Origin: Eutreptiella sp. 'Long Island Sound 2002'
Taxonomy: Eukaryota; Protista; Euglenida
Assembly (NCBI GenBank): GCA_964036045.1
Contig: OZ038378.1
Location: 22,940,001-23,004,000 of the forward strand
Length of the DNA stretch: 64,000 nucleotides
Direction of reading: 5' to 3'
The translations under genes and the position numbers were made by a program. The notes under the pieces were generated by a model. The model worked only from the letters and a program-made list of their open reading frames with translations. It made no database searches and was not told the origin of the DNA. This document shows, piece after piece, positions 1 to 13,100 of this stretch (its first letter is position 1; each line of letters opens with the position of its first letter).

Positions 1-800
1 ATGCCTGCTGGTGTATGCATGCGGCTGCTCATGCTCACAATGAGCCGCGTCAGAATGAGCTACGAAAGCACCACTGGAGCCTTTCACTTCTTTGGTGCCC
101 AAAACAACTAAAAACAACCCAGTGCGCGGGGGTTGGGGGGGGGGGGGGGGGTTGACTCGGAAATGGCCTGCATTGGAGCCCCTTTGTCGCCTTGATGGCC
201 CCTGCGATGTTGCATGTGAAGCGAGACAGCCAGCCTCAGGAACCAGCGAAGTAGCCATGCCATCAAACGCACAGTCAGTCCCAATGCCTTCCGACAGCTG
301 ATTCGATGCAGCATGGTATGTCTTCTTCCTCCAACTTCTTTTGGTGTCCCTGGGTATACTGCACGCCATACCATACTGCATGTCACCCTGCACTCAGCTC
401 ATACTCACTTCCGCAAATTGTGACCAAAAAAAGGAATCAGTCTTGGTCCCACCCTTCACTTCCGTGGGGCAGTACGTTCCACTGACACCAAAAGAGCGAT
501 GAAAGTGTACAGAAAGCTGTCAGTGGCCTATTCTGGGGCTGCTGCTGCTCTTCCTCCAGGTGCATTGGTGGATGCCACCCTCTATGCCCTCCAAACTGCA
601 TCGCACGAGTACTGTGCCGGTATATATGCCCGGAACCTTCGCCATTGGTTTATGATGGTATCGCATCAGATCCACCTTCTCCTGAATATAGGCACACCGG
701 CCCCGACACCTCGCTCCCTTTCATCCACCTCTGCAATACCAGCGATCCAACAGGCCCCACTGCCGCAACTGGCCATTGGAACAGTTGATGGGTGGATGGG

Positions 801-1155
801 TTACCCCTGCAAGAGTTTGCTCTTGATCCATCCCTCCAGCCCATCCGCCAGCACCAGCTCTTGGGCCGTCATTCCCAGTGCACTGATTGCAAAGGATTTG
901 TCTTGGAAAGTCACCGTTGAGTTGCGGAAATCGATGGTGACAAGCTGCTTTGTGTGCAGTGTAAGGGGAAGCTCGCCTTCATGCGAAGCCTTCAAATGCT
1001 CCACCAGCTCCTCGCATTCGATGGCGATGTAGCCATTATTGAAAGCGTTGCGCTTGAAGGTCTCACTAAATGATGCTGCAATCACTAGCGGAATGCCCCG
1101 GTGCTTCAGCGCTGTTGCTGCCTGCTCTCGAGAAGATCCGGACCCAAAATTGTAC
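801..1155 (-). CDS. LYS4: Homoaconitase exon 8 (C-terminal swivel domain)
   Basis: tgtag|G TAC AAT TTT; encodes [16 protein letters not shown]...[13 protein letters not shown], with TAA at 801-803. Confidence 0.95.
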
Positions 1156-4100
1156 CTACAGCCGGAGCCAAAGTTTGACTACAACATACACCATAGAAAC
1201 AGACGTAGGGCCCCCCAGCGCATAAGCCAGCCTCCAAACAGCCCCCCTTCCAAAGACTTCCCCAAACCAGCCTTTGAAGGCGCCAATCGTGCAAAGTTGC
1301 TCAACCTCTGCTGGGAATCCAACAAGATGCTTACTGCTTGTCCCTGCAACACTGGCAAGGGTTGAGCTATTTACCAGACACTCAAGTGTCGGAGCAGTTG
1401 GTGGCAGGGGGGGGGGGGGGGCTCCCAGAGAGGGTTCGACCCTGAGGGGTGTTCAACCGTTTCAGCCCCCCCCCCCCCCCTCGTTGACCCAAACCTAGGG
1501 GGTCGGCGGGGTAGGCGGTCAGCCGCCGGGCTCCCGGGGGGGGGGGGGGGGACCCCAACATACAAACCTCAAAGTGATCCCCATGACGTGCTGATCATTT
1601 TGAATATACACAATTGGGGTAGAAAAAATTTTCCAAAAAATCTGCCCATCAACTTAGGCTCCCATCAGCCAAGGTCTGACCCGGAGGTCGGGTCGGGTCA
1701 AAATCCTTTCTTGTGTTTTTCATCCATTTTTGAATTCTCCACAAAATTCTGAGTACTTTGGGTATAGACACATACGGTCAAACAAAAAAATTTCCCCCTG
1801 CCGTATGCCTGAAACAAAATCTCCAGCGCTGCTGGTGCCCACAAAACCCATTGTTCCGTACAACCATTTTGGGGTCTGTAGGGGGGGGGGGGGGGGGCTT
1901 GGGGTCGGGTCCTGGCCGGGAGCACCCCCCCCATGGTTGGTGGCATGCCAACAGCAGTTCCTCTGGGACAACCTCAGCAGAATTCCAAAGGAGGCCCAGC
2001 CCCAACCACTGCGGAATAGCCGCACATTTTGCTGTCAACAAATTGCATCCGAGGTTTGAGGCAAATGGTGGTCATGCCTGCCTAAGCTACCGGGCATATG
2101 GATGTATTTGTTTGGGACATGGCCGCCTCTCAGGCAAGGAGGGCAGAGAGTTATATGCACAGAAGGGGGGTCCTTTGGGAGTTGCTTTCTGTTAGTTTTT
2201 TTGGTTCCAATAATCCCCCCACCGGGGCTGTGCTAGAGGGGGAGGGAGGCTGGAGAGAGGTTTCAAGAGCGGGCCGCAGAGCGGTTTCAGTAGCCCGCTG
2301 GCGGTTGCAAAACGGTTGGAGGGGAATGGGGGGCGAATGAAGCGGTTGGGGTGGAACTGACAGTCATCCCTGAAACGATGGAGTACAACACCCCCTTCAA
2401 GCGCACCTGCTTGCCTCGCACCTTGTGCACCGTCAGCTCAACCACTGACCACCGTTGAATGGCAGAGGGTTATTTTGCACACGGTTGGAACGGAATGAAC
2501 GGTGGAAATCTGAACCTTCGACCATGCACTCATCACCATCATACCATATCTTGGACGGGGTTTATGCGTGCAAACACATTGGCGGCAGTTGGTAGTCCAG
2601 CGCTTTGGTTGAAGTTCAGATGTACCGGACCTGTCAAGGGCAGCTGCAGGTGCTGGAGCTGCAGGCGCGGGGTGCATTGATGAACCATTGTTGTGATGCT
2701 GATGATTGTAGTCGGTGCCACTATATGCCTCAAGTTTCGCAAAAATGATGCGGGTATTTGCTCTCTGCCCATGCCTCCATGTCTGCCCATGTGTACTCCT
2801 TCTAAATCTATGTTTCTGTCTACGCTTATGTCAATTTCTCTGTTTACATCTTATGGGAGCGCCTTGTGTGCGTGCACTGCAGCTGTTTGGTTGCCAGGGC
2901 AGACTAAGCACCAGCAGTTTGTGTCACTTATGGGAAGCAGATCCGCTGGTTGCACTCTGAACTTCAGTTAGCCACACCCGGACAACCCTCATACACTGGG
3001 AGTAGTCGGGTTGCCTCATTGAGGGGGTGGGGGGATCTGCCCGTACAATTTCTGTTCTGCAATCCAAGGCAGCATTCAGTAGACTCAGGAGGGCGATGGG
3101 GAGTGTTTGGTATGGGTACATACCCAAGCGTCCCGTACAGTGTGGATGCTTGGGTGTGCCCATATCCAATGTGCACGTCATTGATCAATGATGTTCCAAC
3201 AAATGATGCACCACAACAGCAGACAGTCATTTCATAGCAGTTGCACAGTGAGCGAGGGCAGGAGGGAGAGTGCGAGAATGTGACCAAATCATGCAATGGT
3301 ACAGAACAGGATGCACACACACCCGCCCACCAGCACATCTCCTGTGCTCACAGACTTTGAGAACTCAGGGTCATAATTCTCCATCACCACCTGGGCCTGC
3401 TCAGCTGGTGTGATGTCCTCCTTGTAAGTGTACTTGCCCGGGTATATTCCATCAGTATTGAGGTTGTCCTGCAAATTGTGAAATCAGCGGTTGGATGGAT
3501 GTTCATGACCCCCCCCCCCCCCCCCCGCAGACGGTAGCTAGCTGTGACAGTCCCCTCACATGGAGGGAAAATGGCCTTCAGCCCTGCCCCCGAAAGGGTA
3601 ATCAAGGGCACACGGTACACATACACAGTAAGACGCGCACAGAGTAAAGTAGGGATGCATTAGAAGGGAAGGGACAGCAGAAGGGGTTCCAGAAGCGGTC
3701 AGGACGCACTTCAAAAAAATTTAGGCCGTCTAGCAACCGGCTCACCATTTAGGCACACAATGGGTCGGCACTTGGGTGGCCAACATCGGTTGGAGGGTAA
3801 CCTACAGCGTCGTTTTCACAAAAAAAAGGGGGGGGAGAAAAACTTGTCTAATAAAAACCGCCCTGCTTTTACGACACCCGGCATCAATACTGCTGGCTGG
3901 GAGACCATCAGAAACACAACACCACCACCACCCACTCCACCACTCTTGTTCAATTTGCCACCGGGGCCTGTACACTTCAGCAGGCAGGGGGAGGGGCCCC
4001 AGGGCACAAGAAACAACAACAGGAAACACCAAGATACAGAAATCGGTAACCACATGTAAACCGGGTCTGGGAAAACAAAGAACACTGACATAACACCTGT

Positions 4101-7100
4101 CCACAGATGGCTATCAAAATGACCAACCCAAGCAGAGGTGTGCGAACTGACTTACATTCTCGCCATCTGCGGCAGTTTTACTCCCAAATGGCAACAAAAA
4201 AAGGCAACCTAGGATCCACAAATCGGGGAAAGGGGGAAAATGTTGAGTGTGCACAACTAGAGTTTTGCACCCCAACAACAATTAAGCTGAAGCAACTCGT
4301 TGAAAACTGTAAGAAACTGGAAAATTACTACCGTGCTGGTAAATTGAGATAGAGATTGAGTACGTGTCCACCAGGGGGCTGGGATGTGTTTGAGTATTAC
4401 GAAAAGATCTCAAGAACTGAAGACGTTGGTGTGCCAAAATCATCTATTTCATGATATGGCGACTTCCCGGCGTGGCTGTGCGCAGTGTTGTGGAAAGCAC
4501 ATTGCCATGCAGTAAAATTGGGTATGCATCACATTCTGGAATAGTATACTCCATCATGGCAATACAACTTCTATGTGAAGGGATTTCAACCACCCGGTGA
4601 TTTTTTGCTAAACTCCTCCTTGGGAGCCCCAAGCCATTTGGCGTTGTCCACAGTCGCATGTGATACCTGTGCCATTGGTTGCACTGTATTGCACCCCTTT
4701 GCTTGGAACCACCTCGAAGGTTCATTCAATCTCCTCCGAAGAGAGTTTAATGCAAATTTGGTGGCTCTACAAACAGTGATCACCGTTGAGGTAGGCTGCG
4801 TGACAAATATTACCCATGAAACCGGGAGATTCCCCCATGGTTTTGGCAAGACATTAATACAAATGTATTGCTACCTGCCTACCGGTTGTTTGAAACAAAT
4901 CTGACAAGGATAGGTGCCCGGGTGTGGCAAAGATACCAAGGTGTGAGTTCAGTGGATAGGCATTCATGCACAGTTGTAGGGCACCGATTGGTTGCTTTTT
5001 TTTTTTGCGCCGTCTTGGTAGCCCTAGGGCCACCAAGAAGACTACCATATTCATGATTGCTGACAACGACAAGAATTGCAAAGCGAAGGCTTCCCACTGC
5101 AGTCCCTAAAAAGCCCACAATGCTTGAGGAGGGGCGAATCAGAAACAAGGAAATGGCGTTTTTAAAACCAGTGCTTCACAATCCCCTGAGGCATTAGTCA
5201 CCCTGTGACAGGGCACTTTTCCACCCCAGCGCACCAACAGGTCGTGATCCACTCACTCCACATGCCGAGATCGCCCAAATGTAGATGGCATTACCAGAGA
5301 ACCGCTAAATCATAGACCCAATCAGAAAACGGTGACTGGAGCTGGGACAGCAACGGCAACGGTGGTCTGGGATCAATGTCTCCTCGACTCTGGTGAGTGC
5401 AAGGTGGACAAGCCGAATTCAATTTGTTCCGAGTCCCTTAGTCACGGAAGCCTCGTTCTTCGGCACCTCTTGCACGCACCATTCAAAACAGGCCGTTGAG
5501 GACGAGGCTCTCAATAGGGCCGCATGTGTCAGTGATACACCACTGTCTTGTCTCAATTTACTGAGCGCCTCCGCACCTCCACCTCAGGGTGCTTTACAAG
5601 AGCGGCATGGACCACGGGGAATGATTGGTCCCCAGCCTCAGATGACAAGATCAGGGGTGGAACCCCCCCCCTTGCAAATCGCCCCTTGCCTGAGTGGCAA
5701 GGGCAATCCACAACACCAGCACTCGGTGCACTGCACAGCTTCATAACCCCCTGCTGCACACCTGGTGGCAGAACACGACATTTCCTGTGATCGTCTCTGG
5801 GAATCCCTTTAACAGCTCTGTCCCACCGGTCCCTCCTGATGCTTTCTTGTTCACCACAATGCTTGCCGCTGGGGCCTGCGTGGCCACATCTCCCACAGCT
5901 GGACTGGCAATGTGCCCGGCAACCGCCGATGCAGCAACGACTGCTGGGGACGCAAGATAGCACAGCGAATCTGGGTGACCCATGCGGCCCTTGAAATTGC
6001 GGTTGGTGGCAGAGATACCGACCTCACCTTTCTCCAGCAGCCCTGTGCCGAGTCCTGCAGCACAATGTGATGGGAGTGGCCATTGAACATGCTGACCTGG
6101 TGAACGTGCCACAATACCGTCTGGTCAATGCCTACTCTTGCATTTGCAGAAACAGAACTCAAACAGGTGTGTGTGACGCCCAAGACTTTTCAATCGATAC
6201 GCAAACTGCGAGGGCCAACTCCTACATCCCACTGCTTGACGGCCGAACCATGTGTTCTGCAGTACTGGAGCCCCTCCGACGGGCTATCTACTGGCTAGCC
6301 CGGACTTGGGGCGCCAGAGGCCCTTTCTTGTGGGTGTGTGTGTGGGGGGGGGGGGGGGGGGCGGAGGGCAGAGCGTTGCTTGAGCGGAGGGGGGAGGGGG
6401 GAGGGGGTCCAGGGGAGGGAGGGAGGGGGTCCAGGGGGGAGCCCCCCCCCCCCCCTGCCGAAATGAACCATATCCACCAGGAATTGCAAAAATGCACCAC
6501 ACTGACGCATTCAGCATATCTCTCGGGGACGGTGGGGAGTATGCCAACTTTCTGGGTTTTGGGGGGTCGGTGCCATTGTTGCCTCATTTGTGTGCCAACT
6601 GAGTGTTCTGGAGGTAGGGGTATGTGGAGTATATTTGGAAAGCCCTTGGAAAGGGCTATTTGGAACACCCCAGGTCTGCATGCTGGACTGACGATATGTT
6701 TGAGATTTTCGTCCGTTTTGGACGGTGCCTGTGTTGCTTGCTGCCTCTTTTTGTCAACAGGCAGCTGCCATGTCTTCATATAAATTCACAAATTCACGCC
6801 ACAGGCTGTTGCTTCCCCGGATGCACCACAAAAGCCTTTGACGCACAAAAGGGCTCGCTCTGAGGGTGTAAAGTGCCCCATCCTGGTTATGTATGGCTGA
6901 AATCAGGATACAGTGAGACCATTCCCTGGCGCAAGGTGGGGTTGATCAAACAACGAAATGTGGACCTCACAACCGATGGCCTGTGGGCCATGCCCCTTAA
7001 CGAAGGTTGGGTGCCAGTGAAGACACGGGGGTTGCAAGATTGGCAAAAATTGAAGAAATATGTCCCTGTCCACAAACAGGGGGATGTCTGCCCTAATGGG

Positions 7101-10100
7101 GTCCCAGCCCTGCCTGAAAAAAGGAATGCTGACGATGACAGTGATTCTGAATAAAAATGGATGAATGGTGCAGTGCCATGTTTGTGTGCACCGTCCAATG
7201 TGTTGTGCTACGCTGAAAAATGGCAACCCCACCCTCCCCCAACCCATACATTTCTGAAATGGCCTTTTCTTGCAGATTTCAAAAAAGTATACACCCCCCC
7301 CCCCCCCGGTGACGACATGTTTGCACATGGAAGCAAAAGTTGTAGAAATTGCCGAAAAGTGCTAAAACCCAGAAAATTGGCATATCAGAATGTCCCCGAG
7401 AGATATACATTTGTCATAATGTCTGAAGACAGGTAATCAACTCATCTTTTTGGGTTCATACATTGTGCCCTCATCTAAACACCACCAGGCAACACAAACA
7501 GCAAACACAGAGGAATGCTGATCGTTATCAAATTGTTCGCTGAAGATCAATCAGAGTTCGACTCACCTGAGCTGGACTCACCAATGTCATCCTCTTCTGA
7601 ACTGCAGTCTTGCCGTGCCATTATGGCTGCTCATCTTATAAAATCGCACAGAGTTGCCCTTGGAGTGTTCAGAAAAAGTGTGGAACATGCTGTCTGTGCA
7701 ACATTGTACGCCTCTTGCCTTTTCTTCCCAGTCCATCTATCTTGGAAGCGAAAATAGAGGGTCGCGTTTATAAGGTCGTCGCGTTCTGCGTGGGCACACG
7801 GCTGTACCGGGGTGCTAAAGAATGTACTTATGGGACGCTGGGACATGGTGTCTGCAACAGGGGGAAGAAATGATACGAGTGGAGTGACCACTGAACCCTA
7901 CCATACGTGCGCCGAAGGCACGGGAGGAACAAATTGGCCCAAACGAAAAAAAGGTTCCCAGAACCCTGATTCTCAGGTGAATTAGAGCGGAGGGGGGAGG
8001 GGGGGGAGAGGGTCTAGGGGAGGGAGGGGGGGGGTCTAGGGGGGAGGGGTCCCCCCCCTGCCGGAATGAAAAGTAAAGCAACGCCCTGGGGGGGGGGGGG
8101 CTATTATACAGTGTGTGTTCAATGTGTGGGTCAAAACCACATTTCGGAGGGCACCAATCTTTTAAGGTCCACGACACTGGTGCGCCTGAGGGTTACTTGC
8201 AGAGTCAAGGAGGGGTTTGACCCCGCCTCAGCCCTCTTGGCTCGTCGAAGTGACGCGACAGTGGGGCCAGACCACATCAAAGAGGGACACCAAGTGGTGC
8301 CAGGGTAATCTTACAGGGTCTCCATTGTCCAAGCTGGTTGCCTTGGGCATCCGGCAGATCCGGGTCCCTGAACGTGTCCCCTTGCCTTGGGGAGAAAATC
8401 GTGCGGTGGCTTATCAGGTGCCCTCCATCTCTGCCCTGCTGTGTTCCGCGACCGTTGTGGTCATGGCCGTCCTGGCGGTACTTGCTGTCTTCAACTACTT
8501 TTTCCAGCTGCTGATGATTTGGTGTTACCAACCTTCTGCCAAGAAGGGACACCAACACTTTCAGATTGGTGGTCTTCCGTTGCAAACATTCTGTGAGGGA
8601 TTTCGTTTACTGCACCCAGGAGTGTCAGTTTCTAGTCATGGACATGTCTGATCATTGGCTATTGGCTGCCATTGTTTGCCATGGGGACTGTAGTGTCTCT
8701 TGTTACAAGCATTCCGTGATCAGTTGTTTGGTGTCATAAGCACTTTGTACTCACGGGTCCGTGCCACAACTCCTTGAGGTCACAGAGACAATCAGTGAAT
8801 GCACGGATCGATGGTGTCTTGCTGGAGGTCCACTGGGATCCTATGCTGTCCATTGGCGGGATATCTTGTGCATCTTAGTGTCATATGCACTGCACGCATG
8901 CGCTGTCTTTGATTGGTTTGCAGTCTCGTGGCCGTGTGTATTGCTCTCCAGTAGGTATATTTCGGCATGCAGTGCGCAAACATTGTGTTTTCATTCGCCT
9001 CCTTCGGGGGTGCACCTCCGACGCTGAGGGGGTGAGCCAAAAACAGGGGGTCAGCACCCCCATGCCTCAGGCCAACCACGCAACCAGAGGCAACAGCAAA
9101 CAGAGTGGCGAGGTTCGTCGGTGAATTTAGAAAATCTTCTTGCAAAAAAGTAGTTGGTGCACAGATGTATGGGCAAACAGGGTCAACAGCAGCTCCAACC
9201 AATTCAATGCCCTGGATTGGCTTCATGAAACACAGGGGCAGACGAACCTATGCACGGCCCACAACCCGGTGGTAGCGGCTTGGCCCCAGCATCCAAGAGT
9301 GCCTGCCAATCGCCAGCGGCCTCACTGTCCGCCTGGACCTCGCTCGAGGCGGCAGCAATGTACAGCTCAACTCCTGGCGCAATGGTTTTGCCCTTGAGCA
9401 CAGCTGCGGCGCTGGCAATATCGGCCGCTCGCGAATTTGTGCATGAGACAATGTACGCCTTTTGAATGGCGATCTTCTGCAGCTCGAGAGTAGCCACAGA
9501 TGCCGATTTCTTGACGGCGTTGGGGCCTGATACTGACGGCTGCACGGAGCTGAGGTCGAGGGTCAGGTCCTTGGCATAATATGCGTCGGGATCGGCAGTG
9601 AGGTTTCCACTGCGACAGTCAGCCTACGACAAATTTGAAGGAGTCAAGACGTTTTTTTTAATCGAAAAACTCGGGCCCTCCAGTAGCAGCTCATTGTTTA
9701 GGCACACCAGTGGACGCACTTGAAGGGCAACAAACAGCGGTTGCAGGGTAATCGACGGCAGTTTGAACAGTAACCGACGGTGGCAGAAGGGTAACCGACG
9801 GCGGTTGGGGATTGACGCTTTTTTAAAAAGTAATAAAAGAAAAACTTGTCCACAAACAAAAAACGTCCCGGCAGGAGTTGGAGAAGGGGGGTCACACTAC
9901 GGACAGCAAACAGGGTGTTTTAGTGGTCAAACAAAGCGGGGAGGGGTAGGGGCATCAAAGCTGCGATGTAGGCAGGACAAGGGGTTGTGCTTGGGACAGG
10001 ATCGGTGGTCAAACGGCATCTGTGACGGGGGCAAGAGGAGGAGGAGGAGGAGCCATAATTTGTGGTCACCAGCGGCCTTTAACATTGGGCACGCACAACA

Positions 10101-13100
10101 GTTGCTCACCATTGTCTCCACCTTCAAGACTGGACCTCCAGAGTACGCCCAGCCTTGAATAATCGTGGCGGGGGGGGCGGGGGGGCGCAGAGCACTGGAG
10201 TACACTCTGTAGCACTGTGGTCTTCTTTTTTACCCACCCCATCACTTGATGGGCTGCACCGCATTGGGAGACACAACACCAGGTACCCACAGCCCAACTG
10301 TCTACTGCCATTCACACAGTCACAACCATCGTTCCAGCAACATTCACTGCAAGTCACACACCAGCCTTGCCACAAAAGCACCTACCACAGTGTCGAATAA
10401 GCAGGAGCCTCGCGTCGTCACCGAGTACTGTGCGCTATGCTGTCGCGCATGCAAGAGAGCACAAATCGAAACCCCTACAAAATGCCGGGCAGGGCTACAA
10501 CACCCCGGCATCAGATGGCACGCACACCCACTGTCTGGCCCCACGTCCCTCACACTGTGGGGGACAACTCCCAAACGTGGGCCATTTTGCAGGCTCTCGC
10601 ACCACCCTTCGCTTTGTAGTGGCGACAGAGGGTGCGTGGTGTCGGGGCGGGATGGGGGGTGGGAGGGGTGTGGTTCAGAGCCTGAAGGCGGCTTCACCGT
10701 CGGGGCTCGGGCGGCGGTGCGACCTGGTGCATCAGCCCCGGCCAGGGGTCCCGAAGCGGCAGCGAGGGGCTTGGGCACCCTCCCGTCACAGGGAGGGCGG
10801 AGGGCACCCCCCGCCTTCGAGTCGCGGGCGGTGGGCGGCACGAGAATGGTGGGCCTGAGGCAAGCACGGACGTGGACCAAAAAGGGCCAACGATGGTTGC
10901 AATGCAGACGGAGCCATGCTGTGGCGTGTGATGGGGACCGCTAACACCATTTTGACACACACCAATGGATGTGCCAGTGCAGAGACATCAATGGCTGTTC
11001 TTGTTGAAGGTCTGGAGACCTGGAGACATGCGCCAGTGCCTTCGCGACGCCTACATTGCATGGTGAGTGGAATGCCGCGAAAAGGCTTCTTAATCCCGTT
11101 GATTGTGACGCCCCGATGTGCACAGGCCTGCAACACCAGAAAATCACGTACCTCGAGGGCTGCAACAGCGCCAGGAGAGAGTCGCGTGGCGTAGCTCGGG
11201 CGTTTGTGGGTCTCCGCAGCCTTGTGCCGGCTGGTGATCCAATCCAAAAGGGTGTTGTCCGCAGGGAACACTCCGGCCAGTGCCCCCCATTCAGTGGTCA
11301 TGTTGGCAATCGCAAGGCGGTCGTCCACCGACAAATCCTCAACTGCCCCAGTAAACTCCACCGCGTGATTTAGCACCTGAAATGGGAGAGTCCCTCCCAC
11401 TACTCCATTCGCTCTCTCCTTTTCCTCTCCATTTGCTTTCTTGTCCTCTTGTTTGGCAGTCTCCGATTCTCTCCAGCCTCTACATTTGTTGGCAGCGCCT
11501 GCCCTCCGATACTCCATTTGCATCCGCTTCCCTCCGACCCCTGCATTTGCACTCTGTTGCCCCCTTGGCCTTGCGTATTTGCAGTCTTCTCTTCCCTCTG
11601 GGGCTGGTTTAGGTTAGTGGCAGCGTTGGTGTCTGCATTGGTGGCTGGCTGGGTAGGACAGTGGCTTGTGGGTGGTTCTGGTGGCTGAGCTGGTGACTGG
11701 GATGGTGGCAGTCCTCATGGCTGGTTGGTGGATTGGTTGGTGGCGGGTTGGTGACGGGCCATTTTGATTGGGGTCAAGGTTGTTGGCTTGGCTGGTGGCT
11801 GGGCTGGTCAATGGATTGTTGGCACGGTTGGTGTCTTGGCTGGTGGGCTAGGGCCTTGGATCGTGGCTGGGTTCGAGGGTGGATTGCTGAGTTGGTGGCT
11901 GGGTGCATGGCTGAGCTGGCACTGTTTTTGGCGGCTGGGTTGGGCTAGTTGCTGGGCTGGCCGGTGGTTGGTACCCCTGCCTGATCCCTGCCTCTGCTCC
12001 ATCCGAATGATCCCTTGTTCCCCCCAAACAGGATTTGTTTGTGGACACCACCCCGTTCCTCTGACATCTGACTCACCCACACCCGCTCCATCTCTGCCCC
12101 TCCTTCACACACTCTGCAACAACCTCATCGTCTGATTTCTGCCCCACTTTTTGCACAAGGTCTATACCTCATCCTTGTTGAACAGCCCACATAGCGTAAC
12201 GATCACGTCCTTGCCAGAAACCCCCGGCTGCAGGCGTCCAGAAAATGTTACCCGTGCTACTGGGGGCACAATCCACCACGTGCTTCCGGTAGCCCAGATG
12301 GCTGCAGCATCCGTCCGCACGACGGGGGTACCCAAAGCACCAATGCCCCCGTACATATTGCTGTGCGAGTCCGAGGCTACCACCATGGTACCGGGCATCA
12401 CGTACCCCTCTTCCACCATCACCTGATGCAGTGGTGGTGCACATATAAGGGCAGCAATGAACAGGGCGCCTCGGCTGTTATGGGTGACCAACGTTCGCTG
12501 GACAGACCCCACCCCAAGGCAATCAGATCCATGTTGCTGTCAGCCGCAGTGCGTGTCCATTTGCACACTGTTGTTGTGGATGGGAATCATATGAGCGAAG
12601 AAACTGAAGCCATGCACAAGCTGAACTGGCCGAATGTGGGGCGTTCCAAGAAGGCGTAGAAGCAGACAAAAATCTGGCATCCAGGCCACCAACCAGGCAA
12701 CAAAAGTGGTTGGTGTGTTGGACATCCCCGAGTTTAATAGGATCATCATCGTGACAACCATTTTGGGCACAGCAAAATAGTAGCCCAAAAGCCCAAAAGC
12801 CCATTCAGGGGAAAAGGCTGTCCGACAACAGATAAAAAGACCGCTTGCACCGACTCCAAAGTTCCTGCAGCTCAAAGCGGCTGGATGGACTTAGAGGCAG
12901 CCCCCGCATGCGCAAGCGTAGCCTGATCTAACCACAGGTGAGATGGCAGGCGCTCTCAGCCCTGGATCAAATCACGTGCTGGAGGAAGGTGCCGGGAAGG
13001 GACGGGTGGAGAAGAGGGAGAGGGGGGAGATGCGAGGGGGACGGGGGATAGGGCAGCATGCTGCCTAGTCCTTGGCAGGCGGGGCTCTCTCTTGTTGTTT

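Noticed and set aside
2340-2790. Coding-like minus-strand fragment in homoaconitase intron 7
   Set aside because: Multiple stops and no motif I can identify
11610-11990. Gly/Trp-rich membrane protein ORFs
   Set aside because: Low-complexity tggc/tggt sequence inside homoaconitase intron 3
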